Positions 10,082-21,708 of a stretch of 64,000 nt of DNA are shown in pieces. The position numbers and the translations under genes are program-made. Within the stretch, counting starts at the first letter, position 1. Each line of letters begins with the position of its first letter. Source of the stretch: Epithemia pelagica. Its lineage: Eukaryota > Protista > Bacillariophyta. The stretch spans positions 868,001-932,000 of the forward strand of contig OX337241.1 in assembly GCA_946965045.2 (NCBI GenBank), in the 5' to 3' direction. Below the pieces are notes generated by a model. The model did no database searches and was not told the DNA's origin. It saw only the letters and a program-made list of their open reading frames with translations.

Positions 10082-11927
10082 TCAAGTTGACACATCATCT
10101 GACAGTGACAAACGAACAGGCCAGTTCCTACCATTTGGGGCCTCAACCCTTGAGATCATGCCACTTGAAATAGATGCATTTATATGTATCCTCCTACAAA
10201 TTCAATGTTCTCTTACGGCTTGCACAAGGATGGATCTTTTCCCGTGTAAAAGCATTCCCATTCATCCCACCAATCGGCCGTGGAAATGACACGAGTATTA
10301 CCCTGATCGACTTCCAACAGCATGTGATTCCAAACACCGAATTCATTAAAGCCAAAGTAGTGGGTATCGTTCCCATAATCATTGCGCAAATAGGTTCCAC
10401 CACAGGGTGCACCACGGTTCGATACGGCAATGGTGGTACCACTCAACATGAGAGCCTTGAGATCGGAATCACCAGGACCAGCCAGACGAATGTCTTCCCA
10501 CTTTTGTTCCCAGTCTTCACTCTCCACATAAGTGCGATCACAGGTATCGTCAATGGGACGGGCAAAGACAGTTGTGTCTTCCTCAATGTCCAAGACATGG
10601 CCCAAAAAGTCAAATAAGGCATCCAACTTGAATTCTGGTTTCTCCAATGACAGCAATTGATCACTTCGACCGTCCACATCCTTTGACACGACATAGTCAT
10701 CACCGCTTGCCAACCGACTCAACCAGATACCCGATGACTTGGTATTGTCTGTTTGATGTTCGACATCGGTGTAGCCACGGAACTGCTGATAGGCGCGGTA
10801 GTAGAATTGAAGAACTTGAGTCGCTTGATCAAAATGCACTGTCGTGTAGCCACCATTCAGACCAAGGTAGTACATGGGACTAAAGGCCATTTCACCCGAA
10901 ACCATGGTCAAGGGTTTGTCCACAGGAAGGATAATATGAGTGTCTGTATATCCCACTCCCGTTCCACTTTCAAAGTGGCGACAATGGTTCTCTGATTTGC
11001 GAATGGGCCGGCTCTCCATAAAGGTTGCATCCTTGGACAAGGCAATTGCTTTTTGGGCGAGTTTGCCATGATGGACCCAACCTGGAGTGGTATCAGGATC
11101 GAGCTCATGTTGGACGTCCGGATCGGCACTGTAGCGTCGAATCTGCCACAAATGAGCCTTGTCAATCCCGGCTTCGAGTTGCATTGTCACAATGGCCAAG
11201 GCACCCCAAATCACCGAAAGGGCATCCATACGACCGGCAAAGTTTCCCAAATCAAACTCTGGCTCTGCTTGGAGGGCGGCCTTGTTGCGTTGGCGAATGT
11301 GTTCGCCACGAGCTGTGCTATATTCACTTTCATAGGTGATGGCATGAATCTTTTCAGCGGCACCTGCCATGGGCTTGTCCGTCACAACCGACACAGCATT
11401 GGGCACAAAGACAGATGTGATGATTCCTGTTTCATGTTCATTGTACATTTTGTAAGTACGTGAATATCCCGAAATCATTTGTGTATGCAGCGGCAGCAAC
11501 ACATGCGTTCCATTGTACTCCACTTGAGAGGCCACGTCGGGAACAGGTTGTTCCTTCAAATCAAAGTACCACACTTGCTCCATGACGGGTTCTTGTCCTT
11601 CTACAACCGTACGAGGAATGTCTACCTGTGCCAAATTGGTTTCGTCCTGAATTGGGACCCAAATGGGATAGCCAGAGGAATCTGGAATTTGACTGGATTC
11701 TCCATTCTTGTAGGGACTGCAGGTCCGAGACTCGTCGAGACAAAAGGGCGCACCATGGTACCTGGTAGAGGTGGTTCTGTAATGAGACTAGAACAGTTTA
11801 AATCGGAACAACATTCACTGCAACGATCCCATTGAAACGGAAGAGAACAACAATGTCCGGATTGACATTGATCATTGGAATCACAAATCCAACCATTGGG
11901 TCTCCATCCAGTGGCTGTGGTATCATC

Positions 11928-12206
11928 TGTTGGATCACTAGATTGGCCCTGATGGTCTCCTCTGTGCACAGAAGTAAGGTGATCGTAGAAGTAATGCAAA
12001 AGGGTTTCGAAACTGAGTGATTTAGAAAGAGTGAGCATTACGACTAGGATTGAGAGAATGTTGTTATGCCAGATGAGATCGAGATGGTCCAAGACCTAGA
12101 TGAGCTATAACCGCCTCCCATGCTGTTTGCATCCCAATGTCTCGTTGTGCGACTGACTTGATTCGGGACCACGACATGAAGAGCGACTCAATTGAAGATT
12201 CCAACA
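11928..12206 (-). repeat. 3' LTR of copia B (279 bp)
   Basis: Direct repeat of 17852-18129, preceded on the minus strand by a short purine tract AGGCAGGG. Confidence 0.95.
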
Positions 12207-12503
12207 CCCTGCCTAATTGTGTCGCTCGAATGTCCATAGAAACCAAATTCTTCAGTGTCCTTGATGTCATAAATTTTGAAGATCGTCTTGTGTGCATAGT
12301 GCGAGTGTATATGGAACGATGAAAGTGAGACCCTGCCTGATTCGGATGTTTGTGATGATGTGTAAGTGATAAATGTTGATGTGATTTGGATTCGATTAGT
12401 TGATTTTGATTTTGGACTGATGATATTGTTGTTTGATTGAATTTGATGCGTGTTCGACAATGGGCGTTTCACTATGGTGTGCTGAATTTCTGTTGGGGCT
12501 GAG

Positions 12504-15500
12504 TCACTTGGATGATCTTGTGTGCAGAAAACATTTGAGCCAAAAGGGAAGAGGACCTTGGTAAACAAGCATGGCGGTTTCGGATCCATGACGTGGTTCA
12601 ACGTGAGCGCCTTGATTGTTTGTGGTCAAAGTGACAGGATCGTCGTCGGCATTACAAGCAGGATCAAGATTGGAGCAATAGACAGAGACATGCTTGCGGA
12701 AATCTGGACCAAATAGGTTCTTGGTGAACAGATCAGCAGAATTGTCAGGTGAGTGCAGCCAAACGGTATGAATAATGCCTTCCTCCTTCATCTCACGAAA
12801 AAAATGCCATTTCACATCGATGTGTCGAGTGCGGCCACCAACGCTCCACGAGTGTGTCAGAGCAATGGCACCCTTGCAATCCATCTGCAAGATCATGGGT
12901 TTTTGCACGGTCAGTCCCATCTGTTCGAGGACGCGCATGCCGAAAAGCATGCGTTGGCCTGTTTCCACAGCAGCGACAATTTCGGCTTCGCTAACGGAAA
13001 GAGTAACGCAATCTTGCATCCGACTGGACTCGGAAATTGGCGCGTCTTGGAGAAAAACAGAAATACCTGAGACACTGTGACGCTTGTCGGGGTCTTTTGC
13101 AAAGTCGGAATCACTACGGCCTCGAATGACAAACTCAAATCCTTCCTTGGTACCGTCCCAACAACCAACCGGGCGCAGAATCTTGCTGCACGATGGAGTA
13201 TCCATGCAGTAGCGCATCACCCGATACATGGCTTTGAGATGATGCTGAGTGCCTTGCTTCATGAATTTGGAGAGTTCGCGGACAGAGTTCATAATGTCGG
13301 GACGTGACCATTTCATGAGATGCAACAATTTACCGACGCCGCTCCGATACATGGACTGCTGTGTTGCGTTCAACTCATCCGTGCCATCGTCCTTCTTGAG
13401 AACTTCACCAGGAGCTGCAGGTGTGGGATACTTCTGCGTTGTGGAAGGCACATCGAACTCGTCGGAAAAGCTCTGCAGGAAGACGGGCTGCGAGAACTTA
13501 CATGTGCGCTGTTCGCGGTCGAGATCAACCTTGCAACCGATATACTCGGTCAATTCACCACAATCATCGCAGTCGAAGTGTTCCTTCATAGCTTCTTTGG
13601 AGTGAAGGACTCCTGCTTCGGACCCACAGACCAAGAAATCATCCACCCACGAGAGCCAAATGACGAGGCCGAATGCAGTCCATGCGAAGTAGAGGCATGG
13701 ATCAGCACGGTTGCGCAAGAACTGGATAAGTTTCATAACTTCTTGGACCTTATTCCAAAAGGCACGAGCGGCTTGCTTTGTGCCATAAAGAGTCTTGCCA
13801 AGGAAGATCAACCAACCAGGAGGATATTTGGATTCCATTCCTTTCGGAATGGTCATCCACATCTTCCGATCCTTTTCGAAGTCGCCGAGCAGAAAGGCTC
13901 CCTTGACATCCATCACATGTACTACCCAATTCGCTAATATGATCAAGACGAAAATGATCATAATGGTCATTTCGGAGGCCACTGGAGCAAACGTGGCATG
14001 ACTGTCATAGTGCTCCCCATCGACCTGTTCGTACCCTCGGGCATTCAATCGCGCGCGAAACGCTCCACTTGCTTTCTTTTTCATTGCCCACACGTTGCTA
14101 AGAATCTTGGCATCAGCTGGCACTTCGACAGGATCACAGGGGATAAAGACACCATTGTCGATCATCCTTTGATATTCTTTTTCAATGGACTCAAGCCATT
14201 GATCACGCTCTGGTCCATTGATGGCTTCCTCGTATGTCAAAACATGGAGCTCTCGGGTGTTTTGAATTCCTCCGCCCAGTCCTGCACCAACGAGTGCACA
14301 TTCTCGGGCAAACGGTGATGAGTTGGGGCTCATGCCAGATGCTTCACAATCAACAGGGAATTCAGGAGCTTGGTATTCGGGGTCAATAGGCACTTGCTGG
14401 TATGCATTACTGGCGTCAGTTACAAGGTCGGCGTGAAGAAAGGCTGCACTGATGTCGGAGTGATGGTCAAGGTTCGACTCCTCTTGGATCTCTTCGTAGT
14501 CACTTGAGTCATCGTCACTGGAGTCATAATTGTCACGTGAGTCATCGGATTCAGGTTGTTCACTGAAGTCTGAGTCTTCGTGGCCCAGTTCGGCCATGGA
14601 GGAATAGTAATTGATCTCCGACTGTGTAAGTAATAACTCATTATAGTTGATCCCAGCACATTGATACTCTTCAATTAGACGTCGTGGTGGACGAATGTGA
14701 CGACCTGTTCGCGTGACTTGATGTTGTCGAGGTGTAGCAGAAGTGATTGCGCTCACATTTTCATCTCCGTCTGTCGCTTGATCAATGGTTTCGACCATGG
14801 GAGTGTCCGCGATATTTTGGTTGGGAGAATCGTCTTCAATCTCTTCAATAAAGGGCTTAGATCGATTTGACGCGTCGTCTTCGCCTTCGAGGTGCAACTC
14901 TGAATCACAGTTGGAATTAGGTGGTAGTATAGGAGTGATCATCAAGTGGGGTGGATCTTCCGGTGGGAGAAAATACATCCGTCGCAACCAGATTACATCG
15001 CGAGTCACATGAAGTTTCTTGGTATGGGGGTTGAACATTCGGTAAACATCCCCGGCATGATCACGACAGTATCCGACGAAGACACAATGGGTCCCTTTGT
15101 CTTCCAGCTTCTGAGTAGTATCCGTAGCAGTCTTGACAGTTCCGGCTTCTCCCCACGTGCGTAGATGATGCGCAAATCGGGGCAATTGCCCACTCCAGTG
15201 CTCGTATCGTGTTTTAGAGACTCCATCCAATTCGATTACTACAAGTCCATCCAATAATGTAGCAGTGTCGAAGGCAGTCGTCCACAATAGACTGCGATAT
15301 TCCATAGGTACATTTGCTCGATGCATCATTGCTCGACCTCTCATAGCAATGGTAGAAATTGCAACTTCCGCAAGCGAGTTCTGTTGCGGGGTATTGCGCG
15401 CAGTGAATTCGAAGTTAAGGTTCAGTTTCCAGTCGGCAGACTGACTACGCGACTGAAGAAGAATATTTTCACCGGCATTATCGAGACGCACATGAGTCGC

Positions 15501-17630
15501 CCCAAGACCATTAGATTCCCAGCGATGAAGAAATTCACAACTCGGTTCGACCATTGCTTTCTTAGACTCGTAGAATGCTGAGAATTTGAGTTGAGTCTTG
15601 CCATGAACAATCATTCGCCATTGATTCTTGCGTGGTGTTGGATGCGATTTGATGGGGCGGACAGAACTCATGTCGAGGTAAATGCGATTGATGTTTGGAT
15701 CTTCTGGTTCGGGATGAGTGTCAGAGCGAGAAAGATTCTTACGACGAGCTTTGCCGGCAGCACAAGCAGCACATTTCTCCATCTCTCCAGATTGCAACTG
15801 AAAGCCAAGATGTTCCACGATTGGTTTGATTTTTCGGATGTCAATGTGGCCAAGTTTGTCATGGGCGTCCTGGAGTGACATGGTTTGACGTTTCTTGGTA
15901 CCGATGTCAGGTAATGCTCCAAAAATCTCATGACCGGTAAGTTCTTGTTTGTGCTTGAAATACAAACAGAAAATCATTCCGTCAGGTGTCGGTATTACAA
16001 TGTCGAACGTCACACTCATACCTCCCTTGGTGATTATGATTGCTTCAGACAAACCACTCAAGGACCATCCTTGTTTAAGCATCTTGGAGACGCTTAACAG
16101 GTTGAAGGCAGCAGATGGTAAGATATTGACACCGGACAATTGACCAGACCGTAATTCGCATCCGTATTTGTTGCAGCATATGCCTGGTAAGTCACCGATT
16201 ACCGTTGCGCTCTCTGTGGTATCATTGGCCATAACAAGACTGACAGGATCTTCTGGTCGTCGGAGATTGATGATTCCACGAGTATGAGAAGTCATGTGCT
16301 GTGTAGCACCAGTATCCGCTATCCAGATGTTGGGGTCACGAAGGAGTTGTAGGTCATGTGGAAATTCAATGCCGCTCATGAGCATCTCAACACGGGTTTC
16401 TGATGATGGGGTCGACTGTCCATTGGGAGTGGTTGGAGTTGTCGGATGTGTTGTGGTGTTTGACGCAACAACAGTAGCGATGTCTGGAGCTGGTGTACTT
16501 GTTGGAGGACTTGGAGAAGGAGCCTGTTGAGGGCGATTGCGACGACTTGTCCAATTGGGTGGGCGAAAATGCGCATTCGCGGGATTCTCCCAGCAACGCT
16601 GCGTTGAGTGACCATACATTTTGCAATCCTCACAATATGGGCGTGGACGATCGCCTTGTTGATATGGCTGTCGCCATTGGCCTTGTTGTTGTCCGTTGTA
16701 GGGGCGATATCCTTGTTGTTGCTGATGTGGTTGTTGTCCTGGTCCAACGGCCAAGGCAGTACCGGTTCCTTGTTGTGAAGCTTGGGATCGAAGAAGGCAT
16801 TGGTAGTACCCATGTCCTGGTTCTTGGCAGAAATTACACACAACAAATGGCTGTGGAGGAACGCTATTGGGATCGCCGACTGCTTGACAGACGGGATTAG
16901 TTTGTGTGACTTGAAGTGACAATCCACCGCTGGCGGACTGGTCGCGACTTGATTCAGTGCCATCCTCGCCGTCATCATCTTCGTCGTGATGAAGATTCCA
17001 TTGGGTCATCATCGCGTCTATGAGGTCATCTGCAGTGAGGGCAGTTCCCTTTGCTCGTTGTTCTGTTGCAACAATGGTGTTGTAGATCGGTGCGGCTTTC
17101 TCAATCACGATAGCCACCAGATCATCGTCGGCCAATTCATGGTTATGGCGATTCTCAATCTGCGATATCTTCTTGCGAAGAATCTTGGGGTTCATCGTAT
17201 TGGTCATGGAGATCTTGTTTACGTCTTGCCGGATTCGCATCTTGGCGGCAATGTTTTCGCTCTTGTAGTTTCGGAACAATCCCTTCACGATGATGTGAGC
17301 CCGACCACCTGGCCAGTCAGATGTGATGGATTTCATCACGAGTTTCAAATCGTCATCGGCTTGGAGTGCCATGCTGAGGCAAGCAACAGCCATGGCGTTT
17401 CGATTCAGTGCTTTCTTGGAGGCTTTTCCGCTGTCTGTCGACTCGTCAATTTGTTCATGTTTGGTGCTTGGGAGTTCCTTCTCTGGTGTATCGGACAATG
17501 CTCCGATGAAGTTGTGGACTCGAGCGTGTGAACGGAAGCGCATCCACCAAATGGGGTAATCGGCCTTCTTTCCTGAAAAGGTTGGTACCTTGATCGCAGT
17601 TGAGGTCTTGTCGCTACTTGAAAGATCCAT
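12504..17630 (-). CDS. Gag-Pol polyprotein of copia B (1708 aa)
   Basis: Gag (PTFSGKKADYPIWW), two CCHC knuckles, protease WIADTGATQHM, integrase (HDKLGH, YLDMSS, RLDNAGEN, PQQNSLAE), RT (ARLNARG, MDVKGAFL, WVDD), RNase H (SDSDFA, ADLFTK). Confidence 0.95.
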   Translation of the reverse strand: MDLSSSDKTSTAIKVPTFSGKKADYPIWWMRFRSHARVHNFIGALSDTPEKELPSTKHEQIDESTDSGKASKKALNRNAMAVACLSMALQADDDLKLVMKSITSDWPGGRAHIIVKGLFRNYKSENIAAKMRIRQDVNKISMTNTMNPKILRKKISQIENRHNHELADDDLVAIVIEKAAPIYNTIVATEQRAKGTALTADDLIDAMMTQWNLHHDEDDDGEDGTESSRDQSASGGLSLQVTQTNPVCQAVGDPNSVPPQPFVVCNFCQEPGHGYYQCLLRSQASQQGTGTALAVGPGQQPHQQQQGYRPYNGQQQGQWRQPYQQGDRPRPYCEDCKMYGHSTQRCWENPANAHFRPPNWTSRRNRPQQAPSPSPPTSTPAPDIATVVASNTTTHPTTPTTPNGQSTPSSETRVEMLMSGIEFPHDLQLLRDPNIWIADTGATQHMTSHTRGIINLRRPEDPVSLVMANDTTESATVIGDLPGICCNKYGCELRSGQLSGVNILPSAAFNLLSVSKMLKQGWSLSGLSEAIIITKGGMSVTFDIVIPTPDGMIFCLYFKHKQELTGHEIFGALPDIGTKKRQTMSLQDAHDKLGHIDIRKIKPIVEHLGFQLQSGEMEKCAACAAGKARRKNLSRSDTHPEPEDPNINRIYLDMSSVRPIKSHPTPRKNQWRMIVHGKTQLKFSAFYESKKAMVEPSCEFLHRWESNGLGATHVRLDNAGENILLQSRSQSADWKLNLNFEFTARNTPQQNSLAEVAISTIAMRGRAMMHRANVPMEYRSLLWTTAFDTATLLDGLVVIELDGVSKTRYEHWSGQLPRFAHHLRTWGEAGTVKTATDTTQKLEDKGTHCVFVGYCRDHAGDVYRMFNPHTKKLHVTRDVIWLRRMYFLPPEDPPHLMITPILPPNSNCDSELHLEGEDDASNRSKPFIEEIEDDSPNQNIADTPMVETIDQATDGDENVSAITSATPRQHQVTRTGRHIRPPRRLIEEYQCAGINYNELLLTQSEINYYSSMAELGHEDSDFSEQPESDDSRDNYDSSDDDSSDYEEIQEESNLDHHSDISAAFLHADLVTDASNAYQQVPIDPEYQAPEFPVDCEASGMSPNSSPFARECALVGAGLGGGIQNTRELHVLTYEEAINGPERDQWLESIEKEYQRMIDNGVFIPCDPVEVPADAKILSNVWAMKKKASGAFRARLNARGYEQVDGEHYDSHATFAPVASEMTIMIIFVLIILANWVVHVMDVKGAFLLGDFEKDRKMWMTIPKGMESKYPPGWLIFLGKTLYGTKQAARAFWNKVQEVMKLIQFLRNRADPCLYFAWTAFGLVIWLSWVDDFLVCGSEAGVLHSKEAMKEHFDCDDCGELTEYIGCKVDLDREQRTCKFSQPVFLQSFSDEFDVPSTTQKYPTPAAPGEVLKKDDGTDELNATQQSMYRSGVGKLLHLMKWSRPDIMNSVRELSKFMKQGTQHHLKAMYRVMRYCMDTPSCSKILRPVGCWDGTKEGFEFVIRGRSDSDFAKDPDKRHSVSGISVFLQDAPISESSRMQDCVTLSVSEAEIVAAVETGQRMLFGMRVLEQMGLTVQKPMILQMDCKGAIALTHSWSVGGRTRHIDVKWHFFREMKEEGIIHTVWLHSPDNSADLFTKNLFGPDFRKHVSVYCSNLDPACNADDDPVTLTTNNQGAHVEPRHGSETAMLVYQGPLPFWLKCFLHTRSSK

Positions 17631-17851
17631 TTTAATATGATTGATATGAGATAGATATGAAGTCAGTCAGACAATCGACAAAGCAACAACACACGATCAG
17701 AGAGCTCAAACCTTGGTGGTTCTGATAGACTCCTGTCCCGATTTTCGATTCAGCAATTCAATAGCGTCAGATTTCTTGATCCCGTGCTCACGAGTTTCGC
17801 TCTTTCGATCGATAAGGGGACCAATGAAGCAATCACCGATACTAGCTAGTA

Positions 17852-18129
17852 TGTTGGATCACTAGATTGGCCCTGATGGTCTCCTCTGTGCACAGAAGTA
17901 AGGTGATCGTAGAAGTAATGCAAAAGGGTTTCGAAACTGAGTGATTTAGAAAGAGTGAGCATTACGACTAGGATTGAGAGAATGTTGTTATGCCAGATGA
18001 GATCGAGATGGTCCAAGACCTAGATGAGCTATAACCGCCTCCCATGCGGTTTGCATCCCAATGTCTCGTTGTGCGACTGACTTGATTCGGGACCACACAT
18101 GAAGAGCGACTCAATTGAAGATTCCAACA
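17852..18129 (-). repeat. 5' LTR of copia B (278 bp)
   Basis: Direct repeat of 11928-12206. Confidence 0.95.
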
Positions 18130-18949
18130 TCATCGGAAGGCCATAGGAATCCAGCCATTTGTGCCGGACCAACCGTCTGTGTGTGTTTTCCATGCAAAAC
18201 ATCAGAAGAAAATGAGACTCTACTGTTGAAAGCTTTCAGTGCTCTTTCGGTATTTCTCTCCTCGAGACAAATCAAGCAGTCGTTATGACACTCACAGTCA
18301 TTCCCAACAAGACAAATCCAATCAACATTGCTCCTCCAGCCATGATCATCCACCGGCGTTCTGTCTTTGGGGCTGGTCCGAGTTCCACCACAGCCAAAGA
18401 CCCATCGTCATTGTTGCTACGATGGATCAATGGAACCCGCTCATGTTGGTAGGAGGACGAATCGGAATTGGTAGCTCCAGCACCCATGATGACGATGATC
18501 GCACTTTATGAACTGTCCAGAATGGCACATCCAGAATGGCACATGACGCACCGTCTCCATATCGCGAAGTCCTCTAATCACGATTTTTTCCCAAGATCGT
18601 ACAAGTAACAACACCATGGATTCCTTAGAATCTTTTTTGAAAAAGATACGATCCCGCAAAAAAAGAGACGTAGCTATCAGAACTAAGTCAGGAGCGGGAC
18701 AGCGCTAAGCGACAATGCTTATGCTATCCACTCACACCATAGAAAGGAGCAGGACCTCTGTCCCGTACTCCATTCGTGGCAACGCCTGGCGACAACTGAT
18801 GTCTCTCATTTTTACTCAATAGCTGACCCCGTGACTTATTCAAAAGTATCCAATTTAAGTTTTGCTTCATCCCTACGCCCTCAAACCTTTAGATAATGTC
18901 ACTTGAATCACATGCATTTATATATACCCTCCTAAATCTTCAATGTTCC

Positions 18950-21081
18950 TTACGGCTTGCACAAGGATGGATCTTTTCCCGTGTAAAAGCATTCCCATTC
19001 ATCCCACCAATCGGCTGTGGAAATGACACGCGTATTGCCCTGATCGACTTCCAACAGCATGTGATTCCAAACACCAAATTCATTAAAGCCAAAGTAGTGG
19101 GTATCGTTCCCATAATCATTGCGCAAATAGGTTCCACCACAGGGCGCACCACGGTTCGATACGGCAATAAGGTCAGCACTCAGCATGAGCATTTCCACAA
19201 CGGTATCACCTGGTTCGGCGAGTCGAATGTCTTCCCACTTTTGTTTCCAGTCATCGTCCACCACGTATTTCGAGTCACAGGTATCGTCAATGGGACGGGC
19301 AAACACAGTCAAGTCCGGCTCGAGGAAAACGTTCTGACGAAGCGCTTTCGATGCCTCATACAAGGTCTCTTCTTTATTGCTCCGCAACGACGGGTTGCTC
19401 AGTTTTGCCTCGGCACCTTCCACCGAATCTTCGCTCCCGACGAGCCACCCCGGTTTTGGGTTCTGTAACGAGAGCAATTGATCGCTGCGGCCGTTGACCT
19501 CCTTCGACACGGCATAATCATCACCACTTGCCAACCGACTCATCCAAATACCCGATGGCTTGGTATTGTCCGTTTGATGTTCGACATCGGTGTAACCGCG
19601 GAACTGCTGATAAGCACGGTAGTAAAATTGAAGGACTTGGCTCTCCTCATCATAGTGCACCGTGGTATAGCCACCATTCAAGCCCAGGTAATACATGGGA
19701 CTAAAGGCCATTTCACCCGAAACCATGGTCAAGGGTTTGTCGACGGGGAGAATAATCAGTCGGCGTGTAGGCCACTCCCGTTCCATTCTCAAAATGGCGA
19801 CAATGGTTTTCGGATTTGCGAATGGACTGAGTCTCCATAAAGGTTGCATTCTTCGATAATGCAATCGCTTCCATAGCATGTTGGCGATGATGGACCCAAC
19901 CTTCGGTCGTCTCGGGGTCCAGGGCAAGTTGAACGGTCGGATCGGCACTGTAGCGACGAATCTGCCACAAGTGGGCCTTGTCAATGCCAGCTTCGAGTTG
20001 CATTGTCACAATGCCCATGAGACCCCATACGATCGAAAGAAAATCCATGCGGCCGGCAAAGTTTCCCAAATCAAACTCCTCTCCAGATTGCAAGGTTTCC
20101 TCGTTGTACTGGCGAATGTACTCTCCGCGAGCCGTGCTATATTCACTTGTATAGGTGATTGCATGAATCTTTTCGGCCGCACCTGCCATGGGCTTGTCGG
20201 TGACTACCGATACAGCGTTGGGAACAAAGACGGACGTGATAATTCCTGTCTCGCTCTCATTGTACATTTTGTAAGTACGAGAATAGCCTGAAATCATTTG
20301 AACGTGCAACGGCAGTAGAACATGAGTGCCATTGTACTCAACCTTGGAGGCCATATCCGGTACGGGTTGTTCCTTCAAGTCAAAGTACCACACTTGTTCC
20401 ATCACTGGCTCTTCACCTTCCATAACTTTGCGCTTAATATTGACTTGAGCCAATTCTGATTCAAATTCGGTCGGGACCCAAATAGGATAACCGGAGGCCG
20501 GAATCTGGCTCGATACGCCGTTCTTGTACGCAGTGCAAGTATGCTCTTTCTTGAGGCAAAAGGGAGTTCCATAGGTACCTGGTGCTGGTGGCTGTTCCAT
20601 CTGGGTCGAACAATCCAGATCCGTGCAGCATTGTCGGCAACGCTTCTTGCAACAAATATTGGACTTGCATTGACCGTCCGCACGACAGATCCAGCCATCC
20701 GGTAACCAACCAGTCACTGAATCATCTGAGGGTGCGATGAGTCCAATCATGTTGGCCGGGCCAACCGTCTGTGAGTGTGTTTCATGCAAGACCAGAAAAG
20801 GGTAAGGGAATACGTGTTTAAAGCCTTTTCCCCACACTAGGGCATTTCTCTCCTCAAGAAGACAAGCAGGTATTAGTCCGTGTGGCACATACAGTCATTC
20901 CCAACAAGACAAATCCAACCAACAACGTAGCTCCTCCGGCCAGGATCATCCACCCACGTTTCTTCTGCGGTGGTCCGAGCTCCACAACAGCCGCTGAGCC
21001 ATCGTCGTTGTCATGGTGGATCAAGGGCACCCGCTCATGCTGATACGAGGATGAATCGGAATAGTTTGCTCCAGTACCCAT
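18950..21081 (-). pseudogene. Family X copy B (MGTGAN type), 2-bp deletion frameshift near 19760
   Basis: Exon 1 20893-21081, intron 20769-20892. The coding frame is split between ORFs 19713..20888 and 18950..19984 at GVAYT/RLIILPVDKP. Confidence 0.85.
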
Positions 21082-21708
21082 GATGATGATGAGGATTGGA
21101 TTTTATGGACCGTGCTTGATGATTTGATGCACTTTCCATATCTTGTTGACATCTAATCACGACTTTTGCAAAAAAGATCTCGTACATGTAACACTGCATC
21201 GTGGATTCCTGTTCTGACCTTGAGGAGAATCTTAGGAAAAAGATACTCCTAACTCGCATAGACTTTTGATTCTTTTGGGCACGGCTGAGTCAGGAGTGGG
21301 ACTGTGCTACCCATCACTCCTTCAATGAAACACGCCGGAGGACTCGACGTGCTGCCCAAAGGTAACTATAGAGAATGATCGGTTCATATTTTGACTGACT
21401 TGTGGGAATTCTTGTTCATGCGCTTGTACCTCTCATGTGTGCAAACCGTATGTCGCAGTCTCCTCCTTTCGAGAAGAAAAGTCGAGAAAGCGGCGAGGAA
21501 CTCCCCGCGAGAGGACAAGTCGAGAAAGGGGGAGTTCCCAGGAATTCACTTCGCAGACTGCAGATTACCAACGAAATTGTGATTCTTTCCAGTCCCGTGT
21601 GCTTTCTCCTAGACACTAGGAGAGAGGCGGGCATCTTCAACCGGTAGTCACAACTAAAATACTTCAAGTTAACGAGGGATACGTTCCCATGTAGGACTTG
21701 TGTTGTGT

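Larger units (their letters stand above)
11928..18129 (-). mobile_element. Full-length Ty1/copia (CoDi-like) LTR retrotransposon B
   Basis: LTRs 11928-12206 and 17852-18129 (TGTTGGA...TCCAACA; one substitution and one 1-bp indel between them), 5-bp TSD TCATC, single 1708-aa ORF. Confidence 0.97.
10213..18487 (-). pseudogene. Family X copy A (MGAGAT type), interrupted by copia B and by a 1-bp frameshift near 11757
   Basis: Exon 1 18296-18487, GT-AG intron 18177-18295. Exon 2 is broken after TVGPAQMAGFLWPSDD by the element (TSD TCATC), resumes at 11927 with a Cys-rich motif, then ORF 10213..11634, which is homologous to 28138..30078. Confidence 0.88.

Noticed and set aside
21460-21545. TTCGAGAA and repeated AAGTCGAGAAAG motifs resembling heat-shock elements upstream of family X
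   Set aside because: Only one complete inverted nGAAn pair; too weak to call without data.
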